Positions 27,332 to 41,821 of a DNA stretch of 64,000 nucleotides are shown here, in pieces. The notes beneath the pieces were generated by a model, which was not told the origin of the DNA, searched no databases, and saw only the letters and a program-made list of their open reading frames with translations. How positions within the stretch are numbered: the first letter of the stretch is position 1; every line of letters starts with the position of its first letter. A program made the translations under genes and the position numbers. This DNA comes from the human T2T-CHM13v2.0 reference genome, Homo sapiens: the NCBI RefSeq assembly GCF_009914755.1, contig NC_060925.1. One strand, written 5' to 3'.

Positions 27332-29279
27332 GATAGACATGGACATCAGCCCCACTCGTTGCCACTTTATTGACCCAGGGAATATCAGGGCTCAGTATCC
27401 TCATATCTCAAATGAAGAACTGAATTCAATCTTCCTAACTGAGGCAATACTGCCACTTTGAAAGGGAAGTTCTCTGCTATGTGGAACTATATCACATTCC
27501 GTAGATTGCTTAGCATCCATGATTTTGGGACATTAAATGCAATTGTGTCCCTTGGTCACTGTCACTGTGAAAATCCCAAACAACCATATACATATCCAAA
27601 TGTCCCTGGCTGAGACCCACTGGTATGATCTCTAATGTCCCCTTCAGCTCTGAATTTCTGGATCTATCCTTGTTTGCAGACAGATGCTTTGAAGTTTTCA
27701 ATCATTAATAACTTTATGTTAAGTTTTAGTCAATAATGTATTACATTATTGGAAGTCATTTTCTAGATGAAATAGAGGTGGTCTGTTCAATTACAGCAGA
27801 CATGCAACATTTTAATCCAATTTTTCAAAATTAGCAGGAGTAACTAATTACAAATCTAGACATTAAGAAAAACTGGTACACAATTAATCATTTAAGTCAA
27901 CTGAATGAAGAGCCTAGATGAATTTTAAAATGTTGACAAATTCTTATTACAGCATCACAATAAAGAAAAGCAAGCTGCTAAAGCTATGTATTTTTCCTTT
28001 GTTTTAAAAAAGTGAAAGGCTAACCAGTTTCTTATTCTCTACTGTAACTTGAAATTCTTCTGCAGATCAAAAGAATTTCCCCAAATCCAAGAGAATTATC
28101 TTTCTGCGCAGAACTGTGTATTTGCCTTCTCTCAGAGCAAATAATTTAGTCCATCAACATTGTGCTTTCCAAGGAGGCTTATTTTTTATCCTTCCTCTTT
28201 GCAATATCTCCCTGTCCCCACTCTAGTAGCACACACACCAGCCCCTTCCATCACCCCTACAACTGCCACTGGCACCACCGACACTACCACCACCCAAGGA
28301 GAGCCAGAATGACGACCAGCTTGCTTCCCCTCAGCAGAAATGGGCATGACTACTCAAATGCAATACAGGGTTCTTTACAGACAACATGCTCAGAAAATGT
28401 TTTCTTAGCAGAGCGGAAGGCCACCCCCTACTTCCCACCAAAAATATCTGGCCTCTCTCAAGGCTTTCTGAGCAAGTCCAGACAGACAGAAAAGGGTTGT
28501 GAAACTGAAGATGCCTCTTTATTTTTTTTTCTTGGTAGGAGAGTGAGAAATGGGGAAGGAATAATTTTACAACAATGAGTTCTGTCAGGCTTCTTTTCCC
28601 TTTCCAACAGTTCTAGGATCTAGCATCAGCAAAACATGTTATGTCATGCCCTGGTGAGGAGACAAAAAGGGAAGGAATTCAAACTGCAATGGGTGGGGCT
28701 TTAAGATGCGTGGCCTCTCTTATTGCTATTTATTTCCTTTCTCACTGGCCTTTGGAAAAAAAGAAAAAAAAAACGGCAAAGGATTTGGGGGCTACACCAA
28801 AAGAAAGTGAAGGAGCAGAGTATGTGAGAAACTGAAATCTATGTAACTACTTGAAGCAATTGGAAGTTCAGCCCAAACCTCAAATTCATTTTTGTTTTTC
28901 TGCTAATTATCTGGCATAGAAAGCCAGCCCTGGGGCAGCTGCTTCCCAGCAAATGGATCCAGGTCTTCAGTCTGGATTGGGACCAGGCTTTGGACAAAGG
29001 CTGTGTAATTTTCATAGCTTCTTTTGCCATTTACAGAAGAAATGGGACTAGCTACTCTTCCTTCAGGACAGAGCCAACAAATACAGGTTCCTACTGTAGC
29101 TGCTGGGATCCAGGTTAGATAATGAAGTTACTGGCAGTGCATCCTGCAACAAAAGGATGTTGTGAAACATCTCCTCCAGAAGTCTGAATATCTGAAGAGT
29201 TTCTCATCTCTCTCCTCTGTCTTTTCTGACCCTTTCAGGAGGCAATAGAGTTGCTAACAGCTTCATTCTTCTTTCCTTC

Positions 29280-29800
29280 CTTTCTTCATTTCTTAATTTA
29301 GCAAACATTTATTCAGCATCTATTGTGTCACTTTTTATACTTGAAACTTGGAGGAAGAGAAGGGAAACCAGTAAAAGTCTTTGATTCTAATCCAGGTGAT
29401 TGATATCCATGGTTTACACCAAGGTAGCAGTAATGGGAATGGGCAGAAATGGTTAGATTCAAGGCAATGTTAACGTGGTAGAACTGACAAATTTGGGTGA
29501 CAAATAGCAATATGGAGGGTAAGGAGGAAGAGAAAAATCAAGGTTGACTCCTAAATTTCTGGTTTGATCCACTGAGTAAAAGATGATGTCATTTGCAGAG
29601 GAAATGAACACAGGAGGGTGTGAGACAGCAAGTTTGGGAGAAAATATAATGAATTCCATTTTAGGCAGGTTGAGGTTGAACTCCACTTGAAATATCCAAG
29701 TGGAGATGTGGACAAGGAAGCTGGAGAAATGGATCTTGTGCTTAGGACAAGGATCTGAGCTAAAGATATGAATTTGGGAAGAACTGAATTCAGGCAGTTT
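29280..29800 (-). mobile_element. L2 LINE fragment
   Basis: Minus-strand translation SSQIHIFSSD...ISTWIFQVEFNLNLPKMEFIIF resembles the L2 RT C-terminal motif (DSQIYISS...ISTWM...LKLNMSKTEL). Confidence 0.8.
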
Positions 29801-30191
29801 GCTAATGGGAAAGGAAGGAAGGGTTGGCAAAGTTATGTGTATCTTTTCTGCCCCTAAAGGGAGAACAAGATGCAAATGAAAATCCCACAGTACTTGGAAT
29901 TGATCACTAGTATGGATTCCTAAGAAAGATGCTGAATTAGTGGGAAAATCTCATTAATTTACTAAAGGCAGCTTTGCTTGGCCCAGAGAGCCAGTATCTT
30001 CCAGTAGCAGGCAGACGGAGCCCTGTGCAGATCCAGTTGCACAGAGCCACCCTTTCCACCCTGCCAGGCCTGGCCAACGATGGCATGACCTTTCAAAGAG
30101 GGACCTTTGCCCAGCACATGGTAAAGAAGGCTTAAAAAGAAAAGCTCCCTAGACTCACCTGAATCGCATTGCCAAACCTTTCCCAGGATGA

Positions 30192-30602
<411 letters not shown>

Positions 30603-32179
30603 TTCCTAACGCTTTTTAGATCTGTCTCAGTCCACATGGAGAGTCCATGTGGCAGCATCACCATAAGCAAAGTGCTTCTCCCTGAGTCCAGCACTGAGTT
30701 CCTCAAGGGAACATTTTTTTCCAAGGGCATAGATCCTCTGCAGGTACTTTCTTTAAAAAGGTTATTAACAAGGGAGGTAGAATAAAATAGCAGGGGCTGG
30801 GCTGAGCAAAGAGAAGGAAAACGGGTGGGGTGTTACAGTGTGCAACCAAACAGGGTGGGGCTGAGGCTGCCTGTCAAGTACATGAACCTACTTCAATCCC
30901 AGACATTTAGATGGCAAATCAAGCCCACATTTTGGGGCTAAAATTTATTTGTTCTTGGCTGAGGAATATTTCAGGTTTTCAAAAAGGACAGAAGAAATGA
31001 GAAATCAGAACCCTAAAGGTCTTATTCTTCAATGACACTCAAATTCTTCTATCAAGAGAAAAGCATCAGAAATGTACACATTTTCCCAAAACATCTCCAC
31101 CCACAGCACAAACACACTTTTAGATTACCAGAAAGAGTTTTCCCAGAAATGGCCACTTAGAACATTAACTAATGAAAGAGAAAAATAGCAAGCTCATCTT
31201 CACAGTTGACTCAAGACCCATTTCATTCCAACTTCTGGCCAAATAGAAAAGTCAAACTAGGAAGGGTGTGCTAGCATTTTCTAAGTACAGAGACAAAACA
31301 GCAGCAAAACTATTCTTCTTTTCTTTTCCCCTTTCCTTCCAATTTCCTACAATAATCAAGTTCTGATGAGGGATCTTTAAGAACCACCAACTGGGCCACC
31401 AACCTTGAAGGAATCCAGACCCCGGGGACAAGCTTAGGCTAACACAAGAAACCAGCTGTTAGCCTCACAGGGGCATTTGAGATCTTGGGGTTAGCACTGT
31501 TAGTAAGCCCAGCTGAAGCTAAACTCTGGGTATTTTTACAGATTAGAATTGATATAAAAGTATCCTTGAGTTTTTATCACTTTACAGTTTACAAAGAGCT
31601 TCCATATATTTCAGTTCCTCCTCACCACCACACTGTGGGGTTTACCATGCTGTGTTACACATAGAAAAACTGAGGCCCGCAGAGGTGGAGAAACCCAAGA
31701 GAGCAATGTTAGAAACCTCCAGAGCTAGGACCAAAATATAGGTCTTTAAGTCCAAGCCAGCTGTCATATCCCAGGTGCTGAAGAGAGAATAGGGATCCGG
31801 CGAGATGAGGGAGGAGACATACGTTAGGAAGCACAAATGCCTAGAAGAGTCATGCTAATAAGGCACCTGTAGTGAGCATTTTCCTGCTGGAAACACAAAT
31901 CCCCCTGTCACATGCTGTGTCACCAGCATTTACTAACATGCATTCTGCAGGGTCAGGTGATTTCCCCTCTTTTTCCCTCTCTGGCTAAGCCCAAGAACAA
32001 TCCAACCTGTTTACCATGACTGGTTCCCCATCAGGGATACAACTAGTGCACCGAGGCAAGAAAGAGATGTGGTCCACACTTCCTACACCAACTGACCATG
32101 CCCACATTCTACGATGAAAGTCACGATGCTCCCGTGGTCTTCTTGTCACTTAGCTCTCTGGATCACAGAACTGTACAGA

Positions 32180-32331
32180 CCAGTACTTCTCAAACTTGGA
32201 TGAATTGCCTGGGGATCTTGTGAAAAGGCTGATTCTGATTCAGTGGGTCTTAGGTAGGGTCTGATATGATGCATCCCTAACAAGCTCCCAAATGCTTGCT
32301 GCTGGCTGAGGACCACACTTTGAGTAGCAAG
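32180..32331. mobile_element. MER5A hAT-Charlie MITE
   Basis: cagtacttctcaaactt...gattctgattcagtgggtct...ggaccacactttgagtagcaag. Confidence 0.85.
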
Positions 32332-34519
32332 AAGATGGAGACTGTCAAAGCTAGAGAGACCATAGAGATCATCTTTCTCAGTGCCTTTCACACTGTGTTT
32401 TCCTGGGAAGTTCTGATAAGGTATTTCAGGAGATCACTTGAAAGACAAGGAGGAAACCAAGGGTCCCCCTGTACCTTTACTTTAAGCAGAATTGCTGTTT
32501 TCTCTTTCTAGAAAATGGAATTCCTTATAAAATTTCATTTGATAAATGGGTTCCTTTATTTTTATAAGTTTGAAAGCTACCACTTTAATATAACAGCCTC
32601 ATTTTACAGAAGAGGAGCTTAAGAATAAGAGAAGGCAGGTGAGTCACATGAGGTGACACAGCCAATTGGTGGCCAAGCCAAATCAGAATCCTGGGCTCTT
32701 TTCCCCACTCTACTCTTGCTCTCTGTGGGGGAAAATTTCAAATGTCATAATTCCGTGGTTTCTCCTCTTTCCCTTAAGCTTACCAAAGTAAACCCACCAG
32801 AATCCAGCAACACCTCAGTCCTCAGCAGGTGGATGCCCTGCCTCTCCCTACTGAGGGCTGGCTCTTCACAACTGCCCTGCCATCCCCACCTGACAAGTCA
32901 GGGCAGCCAGTGGAGGAGGGAATAAGCTTACTGAAGCAAGGCAAAAGTAAGACACGTTCCCAGAGGCAGGACTGGGGCCAGCTGTGGAATTATTCCACAG
33001 AGGGCAGGTGTGTGCTTGCAAGACCTCAGAATTCCTTGTCTCCAAGGAGGGGCCCAATTGACTCATCAGGGTACTTCCAGACAGTTTACTTCAAGCTGAT
33101 TTGCAGCCGGCATGCTGGGGCAGCTGCAGGGCCCCAGCTGTACAGGAGGATTTGTCACCAGCAGGAGCAAAGCAGGAGCTGGGGGAAGTGTGTGGAGGCA
33201 GGGGAAAATCCCAGTGAAGGGGATATCTAGTACAAAGCCTGTGACCATGAAAGATCAGGCAGTCTGATTGTGAGGCCAGCAAGATTGGGCCAAGAGCAAT
33301 TTAAGGAAAACAGAAGACATGGTCCCCTGACCCAAGGACTCTACAATCTGGATAGACTGTGAAAAGGTTACTAATATATGTGAAACAATTAGTGGACACT
33401 GCAAAACAGCATATAATTAAAAGCTAAACTGAGGGCTTCAAATGTAACAGACACAGGTCATAGCAAAAAAAAAAGACCACCTTTGACTGAGACATCTGGG
33501 GAAGAAAACATGAAGAAGGCCACACAGCAGCATAGAGGATGGGTAGAGCAAGACAGAAGGAAAGAAATAAGCCAGGGATGGCTGTCCACATGGTCAGAGG
33601 AACCAGTGTGCTGTCATTAGCATCTAGAGGGTGCAACGTGAATTCAATCTTCAGGAGTCAAGTGAGAGCATGACTGGCTGGGGATCAGACTCCTCCTTGC
33701 AGAACCATGACTGATCCAATCAAGCCCAGCCCAATTCCAAACTGTCTCTGCATTTCCACAGGGCCCTTCTAATTTCCTGAACTATCAGGCAACTCCAAGA
33801 ATCCTGCTAGGATATTAGCAACAGGAGCAGCACTGAGCTCCACTTCATGGTGGTCGTGAGCCAAGGTCAAGATTACATGTCAAAAAATTAATATCCATTC
33901 ATTTTCTGGCTCTGGCTAAAGCTTCTTCATCCAAAAACTTGAATATACCCAGAGAATAGAATAAGATCAGCCCCAGGAAAGACACCAACCTCAGAGATTC
34001 AGAGAGGATGAATGCTTTGTTGGAAACCACTCAGTCAATTAAGAAGGAGAAATCCATCGCCACATCTCTTCTTCACATTCCTCTCTCTAGTTTGACCCCA
34101 ACTAAAGAGCAAAAATGAGTCTTGTTGAGCTTTCATCTCTGACTCACAGTCTTCCCACATCTATATTTCTGAGGTAGGTAAGTCTGAGTGAAACCCACCA
34201 ACCAAGGATGCTCTGCTCAGCCTAAAACCTAAGAATGGAATTGCCAAACTCTCTACTTCCTGCCTCACCACCCCATCACTCACCTCCCTGGAACCATCAT
34301 TTGACCCTACACTGTTCTAAGTCAAATCAACTCAGCAGCCTGGCATTCTTCAAGGTCATTAAAATTCCCAGGGGTTGTGGACAACATGTTATGGGGCCTG
34401 TTCCTTGACCCCGGCTTCAATCTGACCCACCTCAAGATTATATATTTTCCTCTGTCCTTCAGCAACCTGACTTCGGTCCTTCCCAAAGTCTACAACCACT
34501 TGAGGAGCTAAAGTTCTAC

Positions 34520-34700
34520 ATTCAGAATCATCTGAGACTGTTAGAGCTGACAGGAGCCTTAGAGTCTGTCTTCTCCAGCCCTGCCACTTGACAAACAAGG
34601 AAACCAAGATCCACAGATGTGAAGCGACTTGTCCAGGGTCACACAGATCCTTGGTAGTAGGCATGGACTAGAATCCAGGCCTCCTAATTCCCAGGCCACA
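34520..34700 (-). mobile_element. MIR/MIR3
   Basis: acaaacaaggaaaccaagatccacagatgtgaagcgacttgtccagggtcacacag...ggactagaatccagg. Confidence 0.75.
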
Positions 34701-35904
34701 GGAAGTTTGAATTACCTTATGAGAAGATGGAATTATTGTCCAATACCCTGGCTGGCCTCCACTTCATCACATCCCTTGAAACATTTGCAAGTGAAGACGT
34801 GCAACTGATGACCACATTGCCTATAAAGGATCTTGGTGGTGGGAAGGAAATTAGCCTTGACCAGCTGTTTCATTTTATTTCAGTTTATTTTAATGCATCA
34901 GCCAGAGATGATGATGGCCCTGACCTAGATGGCACACTTATATTGCATCGTCACCTCAAAAAGGAAGGCAAGGCATATTGAAGGGAAGCCTGTCCAAACT
35001 GCCTCATTAAAGAGTGAAATGGCAAGGCAGAGCTTTTTAACATCTTGGATATATCTTGCAACAATTGTGTTATTAATTCAGGTCACTCCCTGATACTTCT
35101 TTTCAGACATTCAAACCACTCATTGTCTGCAGCCTTTTTGTCAAGCCCTAAGCAACAGAAATCCCACGCTCACTCCATCTTCAACTCTGCTGGGAACAGT
35201 CTGTGTGGATCTGGCAGGCTGTTGTGAGTGAGATGAGCACTGGGATGAAAGCCCAGGACACCTGGGTTTATTTGTTATTCACTGAGTGACCTTGAGCAAG
35301 TCAATTCACATCTCCGCATTTCTCCTATGTGGGAGAGTTAAATTGAAGGTAGAAAAGTAGATAAAACAAACTCCTCAGGTGCCTTTCCATGTAAGGGGTC
35401 TACAACACTGACTGATATTAATAACATTTGTCTGCTTCCATTTAAGGCAGAATAAGAGCATGGGAAACTAACCATTAATGGACATTCACTATGTGCCACA
35501 GACCATGCCAGGGCTCACACCAGCCTATGTCATGGTATCATGTAAGCCCCAGATGTGGAGACAGTGATCTAAAACGTTAAGTTGCTCATCCAAAGTCACA
35601 CAGCTGGTGGACAATGGAGCCAGGGTTTAAATATGTTTCTTCAACACAAAAGGACTAACTTTTTGTGCTACATCACCCTGCCTTCAATAAAAAATGAGTT
35701 CATATTGCTGAGAGGTGGAGCGGGGGCGGGGTGGGGATTGAGAGAGAGAGAGAGAGAGAGACAAAGATACAAATTCAAATGCCAGCAGAGTCAAGAAGTT
35801 TCAGTAAACGAGTGATGAGCACTGGAAAGTAAATTGTGAATTAGTTGCCCCCTCTAAAGTATCACAGAGATTCAAGTCCAGCAAGTGTAGTAATGAAGGA
35901 ATTC

Positions 35905-36090
35905 AGGCCCTGGATGGCCAGATTTTTTTTTCCTTTTTCGTTTTTGAAGGGAGGCTGAAATCCAGATTTTTATGTGAAATCTCCCAGTTCTTATCTGTGG
36001 CACCTAAGTCACAAAAACTCTAAACATCATGCAGGCCAAATAGTATAAGCCCATGCCCAGATTCAAGCACACAGTTTGCAAACTCTGGAC
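35905..36090 (-). mobile_element. MER102-like hAT fragment
   Basis: gaaatccagatttttatgtgaaatctccc...gcaggccaaa...cagtttgcaaactctg. Confidence 0.6.
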
Positions 36091-38057
36091 ACTCAGAATA
36101 ATCTCCTAACCATAGGAATGGGAGAGACCGAGACATTTCACTTTGGGACTCTGTACCACCTTCTCTCTGGATTTCCTTTTTAGAGAAAATGAACTTTCTG
36201 GAATATTCAGAGCTAGGGCACTGTGATTAAACCAACCCCACTAAATTGCTAGAGCTCACACCAGCAATTCTCTTCTCTCTTATGGAGTGAGGTGGAGGGG
36301 GGCAAACATACACTCCACTAAAGCCAGCAGAAGTTCTCTTTTTTTCTAATAAGCAACAAATTATTTGAGGGGACTTGGTTGAAAACTAGTTCTACCCCTA
36401 TAGTTAAATCCAATTATACCATAATTACAGGGAGTCTGCACACATCAGAGCTTAGTTGGGAAAGAATAGGAACACCACAGTTCTTCAAAACGCTGGCCAG
36501 AGGTACCCCTGTAATTTCACCAACTGTTGTCCTGGCGGAACCTTCATGGGAAAGAAGACACATGTGGCTCTTGATTTTCAATCAGAGGACAACCCACTGA
36601 AAGCTCCTTCACTGCTGAGTGGCGTTGGCTCACTTATGGATTTAAAGAAGACAGGCGTAGGGAGATGTCTCTTATTTTGTTTAAACCCGGCCAGAAAATG
36701 AGTGGGCTCGTATTTCCAAGTCCAAATAGGATTAAGCACTAGGTCTGTTGAGAAATAGGAAATTATCATTTCTACATTCTTACTATTTCCTACTTTTAAT
36801 ATTTTTTTCTTGAGTGTGAGTGGGAAGGGGGCGTCCAGATTTTTTAAGCTTTAAATCAGAAATTACAAGAAAAGCTATTACAAATATCTCTCATTCATTG
36901 TGAAAGAGCCTACTTACTTATCCATTTTTCCATTCTCACATGGACCTATGGCCCTCAAATTTGAGGGAGATTGTAAATTGTTTCTGTTGGTTATAATAGG
37001 AATAAGAAGCAGAAGAGCCTACTAAAGCTTAAAAGGTTTGATGTGTGCAATGTTATAACTGAAATTTTTGTTAAATAATATTCTTTTGCTGAAAGTCCAA
37101 GGGCATGTCTATTCTTCTGCTGAAACCTTTTCAATTGCCTTTGCAAAAACTCAAGGTTTCACTCAGAAGAGAACACCTAGCATCGTGCCTACTGAGGTTA
37201 AATATTCTCAGGCTTTCACTGAGAACAGTGTTGATTTTGCAGAAGTAATATCATGCTCTAATTCCTCTCTAATCCCCATTTCATTTTTGTTACAAAATAC
37301 ATGACTGAAAAGAAGGGAAGTTTTAGTTAATTCACTAAGCGGTATTAAATCCATGCCGTGGTGCAGCCTGTTTTGCTAGGTTCTGTACGAAAGAGAGAAA
37401 TGGCTGAGTCTGAAAATGGAATGGGGAGGGGAGGGGTAAAATCCCTAGCCTGGGGAATCCAAAAAACCTCTTTTTTCAAATGGAGACTCGAATACTTACT
37501 GGTTATGTTACCTCATACAAGTTATTCAACCTCTGTTTGCTCATTTGAAAAAGTCTGTGCCGTGAGGATTACAGGAGCAAAATATGAGAAAAATGCTGGC
37601 CTAATAATAGTAGGAGAAGCACTGAGATGGTTAGTGGACTCCAGCCCACCTCTGAAGGCAGGCACAGCCTAGCCAGGGAAACAGCGGCACCCATCTTTCT
37701 GCCACACAGAGCAGCACCAGGGCCGGGAGGCCTGCATGGAGCCATGTGAGCAGAGACCAGGAAGGGGGGCCAGGGGCTTACTATTAGGTAGCATTTCAGA
37801 AGAATGTTCTGGATGGAGGCAGGAGTATGACAAAACATAGATTGACAAAACACTAGACGGCATCTCTGAGGAACAGAAGGCAGCCCTGTGAGACTGGAGT
37901 TGTGGTTGTGGGACCAGAATCAGAGACCCGCCGGTGCCTCAGCAGCCCCTGCCCCAGGATGCTGTATTATTGAGGAGCAAAGTGGCTGACAGCTGGCCCT
38001 GGGGAAGCCTGGACATTTCACACAACAGGGAGAACCAATGGAGGGGGAAAGTTGGGT

Positions 38058-38247
38058 CAGGTGTGCTGGTGAATGCCTAACAACTGGCTCTCAGGAACAC
38101 TCTGGTTTTGTAGCGTAGTATAAGCTTTCTCACCACGGCTGATTTCAAGCTACCAACATGTTCAACAACCAGATGGCAAGCTGTTTCCTGGAATTTTAAC
38201 AACTGACTCTCACAAGCAGGTATTAGTTAGCTGCAGTCAGCATCCGG
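38058..38247 (-). mobile_element. MER63 (hAT-Blackjack) MITE
   Basis: ggtgtgctggtgaatgcctaacaactggctctc...gctgatttcaagctaccaacatg. Confidence 0.75.
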
Positions 38248-41200
38248 ATTGGGCTGAGGAAAACTAGGGGAATTCCAGCCAGGTCCTCAGCACCCAACAG
38301 TGAACCCGGAAACCAGGAACACCCAGAAGCTTCTGCATTTTACCATTTTGGAATCTCAGTTGTGATAAACATTCATGATGACTGTGAAGCTCTTCATAGC
38401 TTTTGGGGGATGCCCTCATGTGTTATCAGGCGTTGCAATTATGCCCCTTTGACAGAGGAGGAAGCAGAGCATTGGAGTCCATATGATGACTAAATTGCAT
38501 AATTAGTAATTAATGGAGTCTGGACTCAAACCTAATCCTATTGTCTCCAAATCTGCTCTCTCCCCCATCACCCCCAGCCCCAGAAGAGTTCCGCTGCCCA
38601 ACACCCTTTTCATTCCAGTTCAGTAAAAGCGATGAGCATCTCTTCCCTAGCTCCTCCCATTCTAAGTTTCAAATGACAATAAATAGATTTAGGCCAAAGG
38701 TCCTCCTAGTCCTCCAAAAGCAAATCTCAGAGTGAAGGCTGAAACTGGGTCCTCTTCTTTCCCAGCTCTCAAACCCCAAACTCCTCACATGTTTCTCTCC
38801 CGGCCCAGGAGGGGATGACAATCTCATCACCTACAAACAATTTGCCTAAGTCCTGCTGCATATTCCTACTTATTAAATTGTAGGATTATCCCATTCTGCT
38901 GCAGCGACAGAGCTCTGTGACTGCTTTATTGCTGTATTGCTCAGAACTGCTGAACTCAGCACCAAAGCTCACTTCTCCAGGACTCCAGCAGAATGGATGA
39001 GCTGGCACCTGTCAGCACGTTCTGAGAGCAGAGACCTGCACTGTGAGCCCCAAAATGATTCTCCAACTGAAGATCTAGGTTTCGAATTGCTTTGTCTAAG
39101 GGTTGCAGGTATGAGAAGAGAGGCCCAAACTTGGTTTGTTTCCCCTCCAGCAGCTTACCAAGTGTTTGTTAGGAACCTTTCATATAAAAGTTTTGCAACT
39201 ATCCAACTCTCCCCTTCTTCCTACCTCATCCATTTGGCCCACATAATCTCCCTTGTGTGACTATTAGGCAAGCCAGGCTGAAATACTCTGGCATTGTAAT
39301 TAACTTGAAACTAGCTGCGTGCACACATGTGTGCATGTGCAAACACACACACACACCAGCTTTCCCTGGTACTGAGCTAAGCAGCCTGGTGGCCTCACAG
39401 TCTGCCTGCCTCTACAAGCTCAGTGGTCATTTTTTCCCCTTTAAAACTTGCCCCTCTCCTGCCAATCTTCCCTCTTTATTTAGCAAACTCTAACTGGTAT
39501 CTCATGAAACATACAAAAAAACTTGGTGAAGCAGCCAACAGAGATTGCCAAACGTGATTACTTGCATAGATCCATCTTGCAAAGATGATGAAGAAGAGTT
39601 TGGCTTAGATTTTTTCCTCAGAGGCAGTGTGGGCTCCTTCAATCCCCTTTCCATCCTTCACTCCAGGCCCCCCAGGTGGTAAATCAGTATTTGCCCAGTG
39701 ATCCAGAGTGGAGCTTGCATTTTTTAAAACTTTTACTTAGGAAGAAGTCAACCCTGCTCATTCCAACTCAGACCTACTATCCCAAAGAAGTCCCCACATC
39801 GAATTTGCTCCTTTCTCCAGTTGGCACATTTCCTCTAACATTTTATAGTTCAACTAGGTGTCACCTCCTCCATGAAGCTGTCCTGATCTATAGGGCTCCT
39901 CTCTATAGGGCTCCTCCTTATGGGCTCCTGCAGAGCCTCTCATGGGGCAGGGGGGATGACTATTGCACTTGCCCCTTCCTATTGCAGCACCTGTCACCTA
40001 GCTGCCTCCCTCCCCACACCCACTGGAAAATCTGGAAAGTGTTTGTGTTCAGGGGCAGGGACTTAGTTTTCTATTATCTCCAGCACCTGGTAGAATACCT
40101 GGCACATAATAAGCACTCAATAAATATTAGGTGAAGATGCAAATTAACAAACGCTACCTGTCTCTCTTCTGCAGTTGCCGCAGGCTGTAATTTTCCAAAT
40201 TTTCCTAATCTAATTCCCCAAATCAAGACAGCCACGAGTTAAGGACTGAAGGTGCAAACTACCCCCAGTTCAGTGCTTCTGGATCTCCCTCTGGAGTGTT
40301 TAATAACATGAACTGTTTCGACTTATCAAAGCTTCTTCTATTAAGAATTCTCCCCCAACCAAACCCTCTGCTTTCCTAAGATGGTACTCGGATGTTAATT
40401 TAGAAAAATTAGAACCCAAACAAGCATTCTCAGTGGAGACAGAAGTCCCCTGATCCCAGAAGGCTTGCAGGCAAGTTGGAGAAATTGTTGTGGTGCTTTA
40501 TAGGCGCTGATAAATGCGTGGAATGGCCAGAGTAGCAGAGCTAAAGACAAAATGACTGCTTTCAAGTGCTACAATGTCCCCTGGGCTCCCCTTTCTATCT
40601 TCAGCAGGGGGAGGAGAAAGGTAGGCCCTGGGGTTTTTTCCTCACTTGAAGGACTAGGTTAGGCCTGGGTGAGGGGGAGGTGTGGGGGTGGAAGGGGCCA
40701 GGGAGAGGGGAATGTAAACGGCAGGCTTCAACTTGCATCACTCTCTCTACACTCTCCAGAGAATAAGCCCATCTCAGAAAATGAAAATGAGGGGCCTCCA
40801 GCCCCACCCCAGAAATACAGCAGTGGGCAGTGAGCTGTCAGATCTATCAGATCCCCTAGAGTAAATAAACATCAAGGGATAGCTCCTGAAGATCTGAGAC
40901 AGGTACTGATCCACATTGGCGTCTAGAGGAACCAGGAGAGTGAAGGGGAGGAGTATTAAACCCAGACCTCAAGTCTCCTCATCAACAGAGGCTCACATCT
41001 CCCATTCAGGCCTGTCTTCATCTTCACCCAGCCAACAAATGGTTTTTGAGCACCTATTACATGCTAGGTACTAGGAATATCGGGCTTTCTTTTCTTTTAA
41101 AAAGCTTACACTCTAGTAAAAGAGAAAAACAAAAACTCAGTAACTACAATACGATGTGCTACAGAGGTACGCACAGATCACACATGTTATGTGCAGGGTC

Positions 41201-41821
41201 GGGGTGTGGCTTCAGGAAACAGCCAATCTGCAGAGACCTGGCTAATGATGACCACACCAAACTCAACTTCTGGCTGGACAACACTTACACTGAGTGAATC
41301 AACGGAAGAAATGCAATGAAGTGGAAGCAGAGGTGCATTCAAGGTGGGAGGAAGGGGCCTGGGTTTGCTTTATGAACTTGGGTTTAGGCCTTTGGCCCCA
41401 CTTGTTCAGATTGGTGTTCTGCACTACCTGGGTGTGTGCAAGGTCTGGGAGTAGGAGGTGATAAGCTGCCTGGTCCTTCCACTTACTCCTTGGGTGGAGA
41501 TTTTGCCTCTTTCAGACTGTATTGACTCCAGAATCATCACAGTTTCTGCTGTTGTTGTTGCCTGCCTGTGTCCTCTGTGCTCACTTTTTTTTTTCTCCTT
41601 CAGGTTTGTATTGACCCCTCTTAAAATGTGGAGCCCACAAATCAATGTAATAACCAGGTATAATATGATCAGTGAAGAGTAGAGTAAAACTATTATCTCC
41701 CATCTCCTTTATTTTCTGTTTCATATTTCTAATGATGCAATCAAAGAAAGAATGTGCTCTTTTGGTAGCCATATCACACCACTGAGTCCCACGAAACTTA
41801 CCATCAGCTCACATCCTAAGG

